Assembly: GCF_006345805.1 (NCBI RefSeq)
Contig: NC_042997.1
Location: 177,878,001-177,942,000, forward strand
DNA: 64,000 bases
DNA from: Octopus sinensis
Taxonomy: Eukaryota
Reading direction: 5' to 3'
Under the pieces are notes generated by a model that was given only the letters and a program-made list of their open reading frames with translations, had not been told where the DNA came from and did no database searches. The position numbers and the translations under genes were made by a program. Shown piece after piece: positions 13,630-24,759 of this stretch; within the stretch, counting starts at the first letter, position 1; each line of letters opens with the position of its first letter.

Positions 13630-13740
13630 TAACTTTTAAAATTCTTTACTCTCTTATAAGAGCAGAAACAAAATTAAAGAAAACTTATTCCTCCTTAACG
13701 AAACTTAAGTACTCCAGTTTATTGGAATGTTCGTTTAAAC

Positions 13741-13935
13741 CAGGGAGGGACAACTTTTTGTCAGCTGGGGGCCGCATTGTACCATTTCCGAGTGGGAGAG
13801 GGCCGCATGATAAAACATGCATGAAATATTACTTGCCCATGTTACACTGAATTTTTCACAGTTCTTCTTAATTTTGTCTTAGTATGAAATTAGTATCCTA
13901 GGAACTCGTTGAGGGCCGCAGGTTGCCCATGCATG
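13741..13935. mobile_element. hAT-type MITE 1
   Basis: Imperfect TIRs CAGGGAGGGACAAC / GTTGCCCATGCATG, subterminal gggccgca motifs, 8-bp flanks gtttaaac and atttaaac. Confidence 0.8.
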
Positions 13936-14110
13936 ATTTAAACCAATGTTTCTCAACCATTCTTTTACCCTATGGGCAGACCCCTTTGATTTCTATTTTA
14001 CTCGGATGCACCTTCATAACCACTCGACGTTTAAAAGATCCTAGTTTATTTTTATAATTAAATATTATTAGGAATTGTATAAAGATAGTTAAAACATTTT
14101 GTATATTGTT

Positions 14111-14563
14111 GAGGGTGGCCCAAAAGTTACAAAGGTGTTAATTCATTTATGTTGTTTAAAATTTACGAAAACTTAGCACCACATACAGCATATATATATA
14201 TGCGAAGGTAAAGAATACATACACCCGGTGTTTTGGGTTAGGGTTGCTCCTAAACAGATATATATATCGTTTTAAAAAAACATAAATCTGAAAGCAGAAG
14301 CACACTGTATGATGTAGAGCAGTATATATTAAAAATGGAGAAAGGCAGTTTATGAGATTACCTTAGGTTTCCGTCCATAAAAGGTTTAGCTTTATGAAGT
14401 ATTATCAGTTCCCAAAAACCTGTTGGTCCATGACCTCTTAAAAATAGGTTTTTGGGATCTGACAATATGCCATAAAGCTAAACCCTTTATGGACGGGAAA
14501 CCTAAGGTAATCCCATAAACTGGTCTTCCCCATTTTTAATATATATATTTATATTATATTTAC

Positions 14564-14600
<37 letters not shown>

Positions 14601-14725
14601 GCTTACAAGAAATATATGTACATTAGAAGTGAAAAGTAACAATTTGTGAATTACAAATAAAAAATATATAATTAAAATGAATTTATTCAGCTTTTAGACT
14701 CCTCTGTGATTTTTGGGCCACCCTG
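14111..14725. mobile_element. Tc1/mariner-type MITE nested in hAT MITE 2
   Basis: TIRs gagggtggcccaaaa / ttttgggccaccctg followed by TA. Confidence 0.7.
14323..14546. repeat. ~105-bp-arm hairpin inside the Tc1-type MITE
   Basis: gattaccttaggtttccgtccataaaaggtttagctttatg is mirrored by cataaagctaaaccctttatggacgggaaacctaaggtaatc; loop ~14425-14442. Confidence 0.9.
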
Positions 14726-16126
14726 TAGAAGCAAACCCCAATTTATTGTACATAACAAAATCTTATATAGATTCCCAAAAATATATGTGCCCCAGTTGAA
14801 AACCACTGATTTAAACTAAATTCTATGTAGTTATTACTAGCATGATCCTTGGATATCTTCCATTTAATAAATGTTCTTGTATTTTATGCATAAATTTATA
14901 CATCATCGTAACATTGTTTCATCATGTTAAAAAATTCGGTCATTTCTTCAATTTTGTTCCACAGTTAAGCTTGTTTAAAGTGTGTCATTTGACAAACCAA
15001 TGTTGTGACAAGTAAGTTAATAAATATAATAATAGGTTTCATTATGTAAACAGGAAGAAAAAAGAACTCAAAACATGAGTATATATATATATTTAGCAGA
15101 AGCAACAAAGTACCTCAATGGCTGAGAGTTTTGTGTGTTAACACTTATCAAACTATTTATACATTGAGGGGTTGTGAATTTATATTATCAAAATTTAATA
15201 ATGGAAATGATTCCAAAATTTTCGCTCAATATTGAAAATTTTGTAGTTATGCTTGGGTGACTATCTTTACTGATAATCGGATATATCTCTCTCTATATAT
15301 ATATATATGTATGGTCCCATGCCTGAGGCAACTAAAAAGCACCATTCAAGTGTGGTCATTTACCATGTGAACTACAATGCAAAAATTATGAGAAAGATAT
15401 CGTGTATAATTTTTTTTTTTTTTTGTGCAGGGGTTCCTTGAGACATGTAATTTATTTTAAGGGTTATGCAAAGAAAAAAAAATGTTGAGAAACACTGTCT
15501 TATTTGGGAGTGGGTGAGAGTTGGCAAAGAGTATCCAGCTGGTGAAAATCCTCAGTGAATTCTGTCTGACCCATGCAAACATGGAAAGGCAGATATTGAA
15601 ACATTAACCTCATCTCTGCTGTCTATCTCTTCGCAACTTTAGTACAAGGACCTGTTCTGCACCCCACCCCCATACTTTAATCCCTCAATCCCCAGCATAA
15701 AACTGATCCCTCTTTCCCTTGAGGTTCATAGTTTTGCAAACTGCATGGCAATCTCTATAGTACTAGTGGCCAACACACAAAAATCACTCAGCCCATGCTG
15801 TAAAGTGATTGATGTTATGAAGGGCATCCAGCCATAGAAACCATACTAAAGCAGGCATTGGAGCACAATGCAGTCCTTGGACACATTGGATCCTGTCAAG
15901 CCATCCAATCCATACCAGTGTGGATGTTAAATGATGAGGATTATGATCTATATTAACCCTTTAGCATTCAGATTACTTTATCAAATGTAGTGCTTATTTA
16001 ATTACTTGGTTTTCAACTAATCATGCATTATATTGTAGCTTTGAGACTTTGATGATGTGGTTGTTTATTTTTAGAATGACATTGTAGAATAGGTGTGAGA
16101 AGGTGGATCAGGCTGGTTTGAACATG

Positions 16127-16874
16127 ACTGACTAGCACTTTGTCGGTTACAACAGTGAGAGTTTCAGTTGATTCGATCAACAGAACAACCTCCTTGTGAA
16201 ATTAACAGACAAGTGGATGAGCACTCCACAAACGCATGTACCCTAAATGTAGTTATCACTGGCATCCGTGCTAGTGGAGCACTAAGAGCACCATCTGAGT
16301 GTGATCGTTGACAGAGAAGCTAACTGGCTTCCGTACCGGTGGCACGTAAAAAGCACCATTCGAGCGTGATCGTTACTAGTGTTGCCTTACTGTCACTTGT
16401 GCCGGTGGCACGCAAAAAAACGTTTGAGCGAGGTTGTTGCTAGTGCTGCTGGACTAGCTCCTGTGCAGGTGGCACGTAAAAACACCATTTGAGCGTGGCC
16501 GTTGCCAGTACCGCCTGACTGGCCATTGTGCTGGTGGCTCGTAAAAGCACCCACTACACTCTCTGAGTGGTTGGCATTAGGAAGGGCATCCAGCTGTAGA
16601 AACTCTGCCAGATAAGATTGGAGCCTGGTGCAGCCATCTGGTTTGCCGGACCTCTGTCAAATTGTCCAACCCATGCTAGCATGGAAAGCGGACATTTAAC
16701 GATGATGATGATGATGCAACATGACACAGAATGTGATAAGACTGGCCCTTTGAATAACAAGTACTACTCATTTTTGCCAGCTGAGTGGACTGAAGTAATG
16801 CATTGCCAGGAATTGGACTCATGACCTTGCGATTGTGAGCTGAACACCCTAACCACTAAGCCATGTGCCTTCAC
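16127..16874 (-). mobile_element. SINE family E (tRNA-like head), interrupted by family C
   Basis: Reverse complement starts gtgaaggcacatggcttagtggttagggtgttcagctcacaatcgcaaggtcatgagtccaattcc; flanked by a gaacat duplication. Confidence 0.7.
16261..16716 (+). mobile_element. Family C RTE 3' tail with about 4 tandem ~63-bp units
   Basis: Repeated gtgccggtggcacgtaaaaagcacc units, then the catgctagcatggaaag core and (GAT)n tail. Confidence 0.85.
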
Positions 16875-16926
16875 TTGTTGGAACATTACACAGGTTGAAT
16901 ATCTGAACCTGATATGGCTGGTTTAA

Positions 16927-17147
16927 CCCTTTAATGTTCAGATTACTCTGTTAAATATAATACTTTTTCACTCAAATTGTTTTGAATTAATCACACATTA
17001 TCTCATAGCTTTGAGGTTTCAATGATGTGACTATTTATTTTTTAGAATGTCAATGTAGGTTAGGTGTGAGAGGCTAGATATGGCTAGTTCAAATATAAAA
17101 CATGTAGAATATTTGGGCCAGATATGGCTGGTTTAAACACTAAAGGG
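16927..17147. mobile_element. piggyBac-type MITE (inner copy, inserted into the outer copy's TTAA)
   Basis: TTAA at 16923-16926 and 17148-17151; CCCTTTA...TAAAGGG termini. Confidence 0.85.
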
Positions 17148-17420
17148 TTAAATGCTAAAGGGTTAGGCACAATACAGATGAAATATGTGTGTTATTTCCT
17201 ATTATAGATGGCTATTCAAATGCATATAACATTTTAAAAAGTAAAATATATCCTTGTAGCTGTCTGATCTATAGAAACTGACTATATTTAATTATTTTCG
17301 TTCTAGTTCCCATTTATTACTATACTTCTTAAAATTTTCACTTTCGTTTCCTCAAACTTCTATAATAGGAAAGCAACCCACATATCTACAAGCTTTAGCT
17401 TAGTTTCATAAGTAATATAA

Positions 17421-17829
17421 GGATCTTTTCGGTTTGAATGGCAGTTTTTTCTAGCGGTGTCATATGAAATTGTCACCCATAATTATGACCCCAGATTCGA
17501 TCTATTGCATTTCAATCTCTTTTAGGGTTAGGGTTAGGGGAAGGGTATCTTTTTTCTTCACAAATGTAAATAAACCCAATCTGTTTCTTAAACGAGGGTC
17601 ATATTCATACGGCACAGAATGCTTTTTAACTAAATAGACGTCACTGATTGGTTGAAATTGCAGAAATTAAAGTAAAAAAACAACAAATATCTTACAAACT
17701 ATAGAATTTTCTCAATAAAGCCAAGAGAAAAAGATGTTTTATAAACACATTCTACCAGTATACAAAGTTTAAAATTTTTTAGTTACCTAGAAATTATGTT
17801 AAAAACTGCCGTCCAAACTGAAAAGATCC
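17421..17829. mobile_element. TIR MITE containing TTAGGG repeats (copy 1)
   Basis: TIRs GGATCTTTTCGGTTTGAATGGCAGTTTTT / AAAAACTGCCGTCCAAACTGAAAAGATCC, TAA on both flanks, TTAGGG x3 at 17522-17539. Confidence 0.9.
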
Positions 17830-17834
17830 TAACA

Positions 17835-18047
17835 TAACTCTAAATTTGGCACAAAGCCAGCAATTTTGAGGGGAAGGGTAATCATTTTACATCAACCCTA
17901 GTATTCATCTGGCACTTATTTTTATTGACCCTGAAAGGCGAAGTTGACCTTGGTAACATTTGAACTCAGAACAAATGTAAAGAGCAAGAAGAAATACTGT
18001 TAAGTATATTTTTGTCTTGCTCAGTAACAATTCTACCAGCTCACTGT
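17835..18047 (-). mobile_element. SINE family B (diverged)
   Basis: Reverse complement of the core (tattgaccctgaaaggcgaagttgacc...tttgaactcagaac). Confidence 0.75.
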
Positions 18048-18672
18048 CTCAGTTTCATAACTAATATAACACTGTGAAATGAGAGATGTTTGGAGTGGGG
18101 ATGGGGTGTGGCTGAAAGAATATATAGTAAGTACTGCAGAGTTTCTATAAATAGTTAATTGCCTGTGCATGAGCTTTCTCCTACCCCAACTCTCTCTCTC
18201 ACACACATACTCACAGGTGTGATGGATTGTATATTACTATCCTTCCACAGCTGTTGCCTTTCTTGTGTAGCATTGATCAATGGTAAGATATATGGTAACT
18301 TGTACAAAATGCCAACTCAATTTATATAATGGCATTACATCTATGTGGAAAAAGAAGAAAATCGGTATCACTGTTTATCTATTTATCTGACATATTCAAT
18401 ATCCCAAATAAAATGATAAAGCAAAAATAAAGAGATTATATCATTCCTTTATTGAATTTCCCAAGTGAATTCTTGTTTTCTCTGTATGCTTGGGCTTGTT
18501 TGTGTGTGTATATATGTGGTGGATCGAGATTTGTTGATTGGCAATTTTGAAATTGGATTCACATAATGATTTTTTTGGTTGTTTTTTTGTCTTTCACTTT
18601 CTGTGTCTGGTGGAAGAGAGAAGTGCCCTTGGCCTTTTCAGGACATACTAGGCCATTGACACCAATATTAAT

Positions 18673-18830
18673 CATCATCATCATCATCTAGAGTTTGTAT
18701 TCTAAGCTAGCATGGGTTGGATGGTTTGGCATGATCCAACAGGCTAGAGAACTACAACAAGCTCCGTTGTCCCTTTTGGCATGGTTTCTACAGCTGGATG
18801 GCCTTTCTAACGCCGACCACTTTACAGAGT
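18673..18830 (-). mobile_element. Family C RTE 3' tail (diverged)
   Basis: (CAT)n followed by gctagcatgggttggatgg...ctacagctggatggcc. Confidence 0.75.
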
Positions 18831-18920
18831 ATATATTAATATTCTCCTTAAACTGTTGCCAGATGATACTTGCAGTAAAGATACAAACAGGTGGAGAGTT
18901 GCAGATGGTTATCATTCTCT

Positions 18921-19545
18921 AAGGTGGTGAGCTGGCAGTATCGTTAGCATACTGGCTGAAATACTTAGTAGCATTTCATCCATCTTTATGTTCTGAGTTC
19001 AAATTCTGCTGAGGTTGGCTTTACCTTTCATCCTTTCAAGGTCGATAAAATAAGTACCTGTTGAGTACTGGGGCTGATGTAATTACCCTCGCTGGTGAAA
19101 AAGTCTCTCAAGGGAGATCTCTTGATCGACAACATCACTGAGCAACAGCAAAAAGTGGCGAGCTGGCAGAAATGTTAGCACGCCAGGCAAAATGCTTAGC
19201 AGTATTTCGTCTGCCGTTACGTTCTGAGTTCAAATTCCACTGAGGTCAACTTTGCCTTTCATCCTTTCGGGGTCGATTAAATAAGTACCAGTTATGCACT
19301 GGGGTTGATATAATCGACTTAATCCATCTGTCTGTCCTTGTTTGTCCTCTGTGTTTAGCCCCTTGTGGGTCATAAAGAAATAGGTATTTCGCCCGTCGCT
19401 ATGTTTCCGCCGAGGTCAACTTTGCCTTTCATCCTTTCGGGGTCGATAAATTAAGTACCAGTTATGCACTGGGGTCAATGTAATCGACTTAAATCCCTTT
19501 GTTTGTCCCCTCTATGTTTAGCCCCTTGTGGGCAATAATGAAATA
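18921..19545 (+). mobile_element. Cluster of three SINE family B units
   Basis: Units start at ~18921, ~19153 and ~19384. Confidence 0.85.
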
Positions 19546-20180
19546 GGAAACATGTGAGGGTTGCTGACAGAAAATCTTTCTCATTGAATTCAGACTCTAA
19601 TCATTATATCACATTGACTGAGAATCCTTTTAAGAATCAGTCAACATCATACTTGCAGAAATCCTGAAAGATCTTTGGGCACAAGTCGAAATATGTTTGG
19701 CTTTTGACAAATAATAGTATGAAAAACTATAAAATTATTTAGAAGTTATGAGAACATCTGAAACCTTATAATCAATGATGACCATGATATTTGTATTTCA
19801 GAGTAACTCAATATCTTGTGCCATAGAAATACTATGTTAAACATCTATTGAAAGCTAATATCTTTTTGTCACCACAAATCAAAATATTTGCTAGATTATT
19901 TTAAAATGCCTAGACAGCCCAATACTATACTGACAGATGGTCCAAATTTATTGAAAAAATTTTTCTTTTGTTTCATACATCTCATATTGAATGCTTTTGT
20001 CACTATAAAGGGGGATTTTTTTTTTATTGAAATATTTCAAAATACTTAACAGATGAATGTGAAACAACCTTGTATCACTTAGTTTAACCAAATCAAATTT
20101 TTAGTTTTCATTCTTTTAGCATGTATATTCAAGGGCTTTTATTTATTGTATATGACAATATGAGATCATTTGATTAATTT

Positions 20181-20580
20181 CTTTTATCTCTTTTACTCTT
20201 TTACTTGTTTCAGTCATTTCACTGTGGCCATGATGGAGCACTGCCTTTAGTCGAGCAAATTGACCCCAGGACTTATTCTTTGTAAGCCTAGTACTTATTC
20301 TATCGGTCTCTTTTGCCAAACTGCTACGTTACGGGGACGTAAACACACCAGCATCGGTTGTCAAGCGATGTTGGGGAAACAAACACAGACACATAAACAC
20401 ACATATATACATATATATGACGGGCTTCTTTCAGTTTCAATCTACCAAATCCACTTACAAGGCTTTGGTTGGCCCGAGGCTATAGTAGAAGACACTTGCC
20501 CAAGGTGCCACGCAGTGGGACTGAACACAGAACCATGTGGTTGGTTAGCAAGCTACTTATCACACAGTCACTCCTACGCC
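20181..20580 (-). mobile_element. SINE family A (near full length)
   Basis: Reverse complement from the cttttactctttta tail to the cacacagtcactcctacgcc head. Confidence 0.9.
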
Positions 20581-21345
20581 TATTGATTCTCTCAAGGATC
20601 AATAGAATACGAAACTTTGTCATAATTTGTAAAGTTTCAGGTTAGAATATAATTCATTGTATATGTTTATGCTTACATTATCATCATCATCATTGTTTTA
20701 ATGTTTAGTTTTCCATGCTTGCATGGGCGAGACAGAATCTGATGAAGCAGATTTTCTACAGCTGGATGCCTTTCCTGTTGCCAACCCTGACCTGTTTCCA
20801 TGAAAGTAATATTTCCCCATGGCTGAACATGTTTATACAAAAGAATGAAAATGAATGACTCTGCTTATGCAATGGTTATGCTCATTTACAATTATCATAT
20901 GATGTCAAAACATCTCTCTCTCTCTCTCTCTCATACACACACTCTGCACTTCTTTCAGTTTCTTTCTACCTAATTCACTTACAAGGCTTTGGTCGGACCA
21001 AAGCTATGGCAGAAAATGTGTACAAGATGTCATAAAGTGGGAGTGGGCCTAGAGTCATGTGGCTGGGAATCCAACTTCTTAACCACTCTGCCCTGCCTGT
21101 GCCTCACAACATACACAATAAAGTTTGCTTTAAGCTGAACCTTCAAAACTGACTACGTTTCACATATCACAAAATATGGTATTGTGAAATTATTTTGCTT
21201 CTTCCTCTTTGTTAACAAGAAAACAATACAGTTTGCATCTGATATAAGACTTCTTTCTTTGACATGGTGCTTTGATTTTATTAATCCTTTTGATACCAAC
21301 CCTCTTGATGCTGCCCTTGGTTATATGATACAAACTTTCTGGTTT

Positions 21346-21500
21346 ACTCTCGGAGTGGTTGGCGTTAGGAAGAGCATCCACCTGTAGAAACTCTGCCAGA
21401 TCAGATTGGAACCTGGTGCAGCCATCTGGTTTGCCAGCTCTCAGTCAAATCATCAACCCATGCTAGCATGGAAAGCGGACATTAAAGGATGATGATGATG
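21346..21500 (+). mobile_element. Family C RTE 3' tail
   Basis: ggagtggttggcgttaggaag...catgctagcatggaaagcggac...gatgatgatg. Confidence 0.85.
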
Positions 21501-22349
21501 TAGTGTATTTAACAGAAATACGGTAACAAAAGGGTCAAACATGGTAATTTATCTGTTCCTTTCTAATCCTCACAGACCCACCTCTGAGAAACACTGCTCT
21601 AGCTCACTGGACCTTTTCCTACTGGCTCTAGAATTGAGGAAGTATTTACCCTAGCTAGGGTTCAAATTATAAATTAAGTTTATCTCAATGTGGTGAGCAA
21701 AGCAATCTACATTCAGTCAACAAGTAAGCAGACTATCATATGTCTTACAGTACTCCCTCCTTCTCACACTGTATGTATATCCATACATGTGTATGAAACA
21801 ATAGTTAAGAACCTAAATTTGATTGCTAGAAAACTGGTTAGAGCAGGATGGGTAATCATGATTATCTCATGTCATACACACACACATACATATACATACA
21901 TATGCCAGCTTATTCAAATTAGTTCTGTTTTTTTCTGGAGCCTACACTGTTTCATCTGTTTTATTAAAAGTATGTCTTATCTTATTTGTGAAAGGTTTTA
22001 AATTACTACTTTGACATCAGCTTATTTATTTAAGATTATTAAATCTACTAATCAAACTTGCTGACAGGTAACTGTAAGAGAGAGAGTGTGTGTGTATCCA
22101 TGTTGTAATTAAATCCTGTTGTTTAAGATGTTCCAAGTTCATATTCCATCCAGTATCTGACAAGAAACGAGATCTTATAATACTTTCATCAGGCCAGAAT
22201 GAAATACATGGATCAGGAGAATGAGATACAGTGCGCAAGCCTTGAGCCTGGTGAGACACAGGTGTAACCTGGCCAGGAGGCACCCTACAGAGCTCAGTCC
22301 TTCCAAACATCACAGTCTCCTAGCCTTGGCAGACTAGTTCAACAGTAGC

Positions 22350-22480
22350 AAATTGTATCATACAGAAAATTTGGGCATAAGAGGAATTAGATGCAGTGTA
22401 CAAGCGAGAAGACTGCGCTGGTTTGGTCATGTGATGTGTATGGATGTAGACAGTTGTATACAAAAGTGCTGATCACTTTA
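22350..22480 (+). mobile_element. RTE LINE C-terminal ORF fragment
   Basis: Translates to LGIRGIRCSVQARRLRWFGHVMCMDVDSCIQKC, containing the RTE LRWFGHV motif. Confidence 0.85.
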
Positions 22481-23250
22481 GTTGACCAGCAGAACATCCA
22501 AAAGAAAAATCTCATGACCCTTTGTAATAGGAAGAGAGAGAGCCAGGAGGTGAGCTGTGCTTGTTGCCAAACCCTTTCATTTTGCAAAATGATTACTAGG
22601 GGACAGGTACAGTGACTACCTGTGACCAACTGATATAGACCACTGACTCCTCCATGATATTCTGAATGATCTAATACCAGAAAACTACTTTGCACCCAAC
22701 AACAGAGTTCAGCATGAAAGAACCAAATCTGAAGGTTTTTGGAGTCATGACAGCTCACTCAGATTTTTATATATATCTAGGATTACATTGTCAAATGTGT
22801 CTTTTTTTTAAAGTTAATCTGTTATCTGAGAGAGCTTTGGCTGTTGTCTCTTGGTCATTTGACCTGCTATAAATAACAGCCACATCCCTGTCAAATAAAC
22901 ATCCAACTATCTTTAAGGAAAGGACATATTGTATCATGTAGTCATAAATACATCTAAAATGAAAGGATGATCATCTCTGCAAAGAATTTGATCATTCCAT
23001 ATTCCAATGGTGTATCCTGCTTAGTGTGCCAGCACTCTCCAGGGGTCCCCAAATGCCAGTAAAATATCTTGAAGATGATATGGGAAAGAGAGAGATGCCA
23101 ATCAGAGGTGGTTTGTTAAATGAGTTTGGGTCTTTGGAGAGGAAAACTCAAAGAACAAAACAATTTCTCTCAATTTTGATGCTGGATGATGAAGAGATGT
23201 TTTTTTTAGAATTTTCTCTTGAAGACCAAGTTTCTCCTCAAGAACAGCTG

Positions 23251-23567
23251 CATCATCATCATCATCATCATTGTTCGACCGTGGTCAAGACAATGGAATT
23301 TACCATGCTACGCCAGACTTCACGGTCCATCATGGCATTATGGAGGTCCTGTTGCTGGATGCCTGTATCCCTGGAGATTACATCTGGGTAGGAGAGTGTG
23401 TGCCCTCTGGTATTGCGAGTAGATGGCTTCCAGAGGAGAAGAGTAGAAATTACCTCTTTTTCAGCTCTACAACAATGTCCAGCAAACTGGATTCTCTTAC
23501 CTTTCACAAGAGATGACACAGGTGGTAGTTTCCCATATATTTGCATATATGTCAGCTGCACTGACAC
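23251..23567 (-). mobile_element. 3' end of a second RTE-like LINE family, ending in (TGA)n
   Basis: RIQFAGHCCRAEKEVISTLLLWKP...MMDREVWRSMVNSI then a stop merging into (TGA)n. Confidence 0.8.
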
Positions 23568-23649
23568 ATGAATGCAAAAGAGTGGGATTTATTTTTGTCT
23601 TGAAAACATTGCTATTAACTTTCACTGTTATTTTTTAAGTGTAGCATGG

Positions 23650-23985
23650 GCTCTGATTGAGCAGACCTGTATATTCTAATCAATACTACTCCATCTTTTT
23701 ATATATCTAAGATTAAATTGTTCAATGTGTGCTTTTTTTCTTAAATTAGGTTGTCATTTGAGAGAGTCTTGGCTGCTGTTTCTAGCAGGTTGACTGTGCA
23801 TCATGGAAATAGATGGAGCCTCTTCATGGTCATTTAAGCTGCTATAAATAACAGCTACACCCCTGTCAAATCACATATAGCCATATTTAAGGAAATGATA
23901 TTTTAGGTGATGTAGTCTTACATATCCCTAAAAGGAAGGGATAGCCACCTCTGTGAAGCATTTGATCATTCATTTACTCCACCAG
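23650..23985. mobile_element. Family D head-to-head pair (repeat with gctaaacaac-type tails)
   Basis: ttggctgctgtttctagcagg is mirrored by gctgctataaataacagcta. A similar pair lies at ~22745-22990, with single halves at ~6776, ~8560, ~10020, ~10800, ~11650, ~33790, ~47530 and ~55400. Confidence 0.6.
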
Positions 23986-24395
23986 GGTTAAACAACCATA
24001 ACACACATCATTGACTATTTTGTAAATAGTAATTTATTGGACAGGCAGGTACATACACACTTGTATTTAAGCAGCATTCTCCTAATTACTGTCTGTTTCA
24101 TAATTCAAAATGTACTTTGCTTTTATTGCAAATAATACGTGTATTATTGAAGAGAGATGTAGTTCCTTTTTTATTTTAGTTTGAATGACAACTTTCTGTT
24201 ACCTGTTTTTTTTTTAATAAAAAATAATGACAATATGGTCTGATTTGAGAGATATTTGGTTGATATTTCTAGCATATCAAGTAATTGCATATAAGTATAT
24301 GATGAGATCAGTTCATTCGGCATGTGTGCTCTACAACCAGAAGAAAGTTTGGTTGGGGGACAAAAATAATTTTAAAATATTTTTATGCATTTAAA

Positions 24396-24602
24396 CCCTT
24401 TCGTTACCAACCCTGCTGAAACCGGCTCTGGCTCTGAGTACAAATGTCTTGTTTTCAAAAGTTTTAAACTAAAATCTTCTTAGTCACAATTTATGTTCCT
24501 AACACTAGCTCGATAACAAGATATTTTACTAAATTCTTTGTTATATTTAAAGTAACTGAAAGAAGCACAGAGCATGTCAAAATAAATACAGTAACGAAAG
24601 GG
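24396..24602. mobile_element. piggyBac-type MITE, second family
   Basis: CCCTTTCGTTAC ... GTAACGAAAGGG|TTAA; an inverted copy lies at 59076-59290. Confidence 0.9.
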
Positions 24603-24759
24603 TTAATGACATGGCAAAATTTCTAGCGATTGACTTTTGCATGAAAAACATACATTTGCTTTATTTCAGTATATATTTCTCACCACTATATTAGTTTGCC
24701 TAATCAGAATATTTTTCACTCATCCCTTTTCTGTCATTAGGTCAAGTAGCTATGGATTA

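Larger units (their letters stand above)
13944..14808. mobile_element. hAT-type MITE 2 carrying nested insertions
   Basis: TIRs CAATGTTTCTCAAC / GTTGAAAACCACTG, perfect 8-bp TSD atttaaac (13936-13943 and 14809-14816). Confidence 0.85.
15957..17162. mobile_element. piggyBac-type MITE (outer copy), split by three later insertions
   Basis: TTAA|CCCTTTAGCATT ... ATGCTAAAGGG|TTAG. The body matches the intact copies at 16927-17147 and 55512-55723. Confidence 0.8.

Noticed and set aside
16320-16560. Regularly spaced conserved ~25-bp cores resembling a CRISPR array
   Set aside because: The spacers are homologous to each other, the context is a eukaryotic LINE UTR, and there are no cas genes.
21190-21330. 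A - strand frame RAASRGLVSKGLIKSKHH vaguely like ribosomal protein S25; another frame vaguely like histone H4
   Set aside because: Matches are under 20 residues and do not extend either way.
22026-22313. QQDLITTWIHTH resembles the JAMM/MPN motif of AMSH-like proteases
   Set aside because: The HTH comes from a (CA)n microsatellite, the LG and downstream S..D residues are missing, and there are no splice sites.
23026-23391. 121-aa ORF with poly-His
   Set aside because: The poly-His is the antisense of a LINE (TGA)n tail and the 3' part is antisense LINE; the 5' part has no recognisable homology or splice support.
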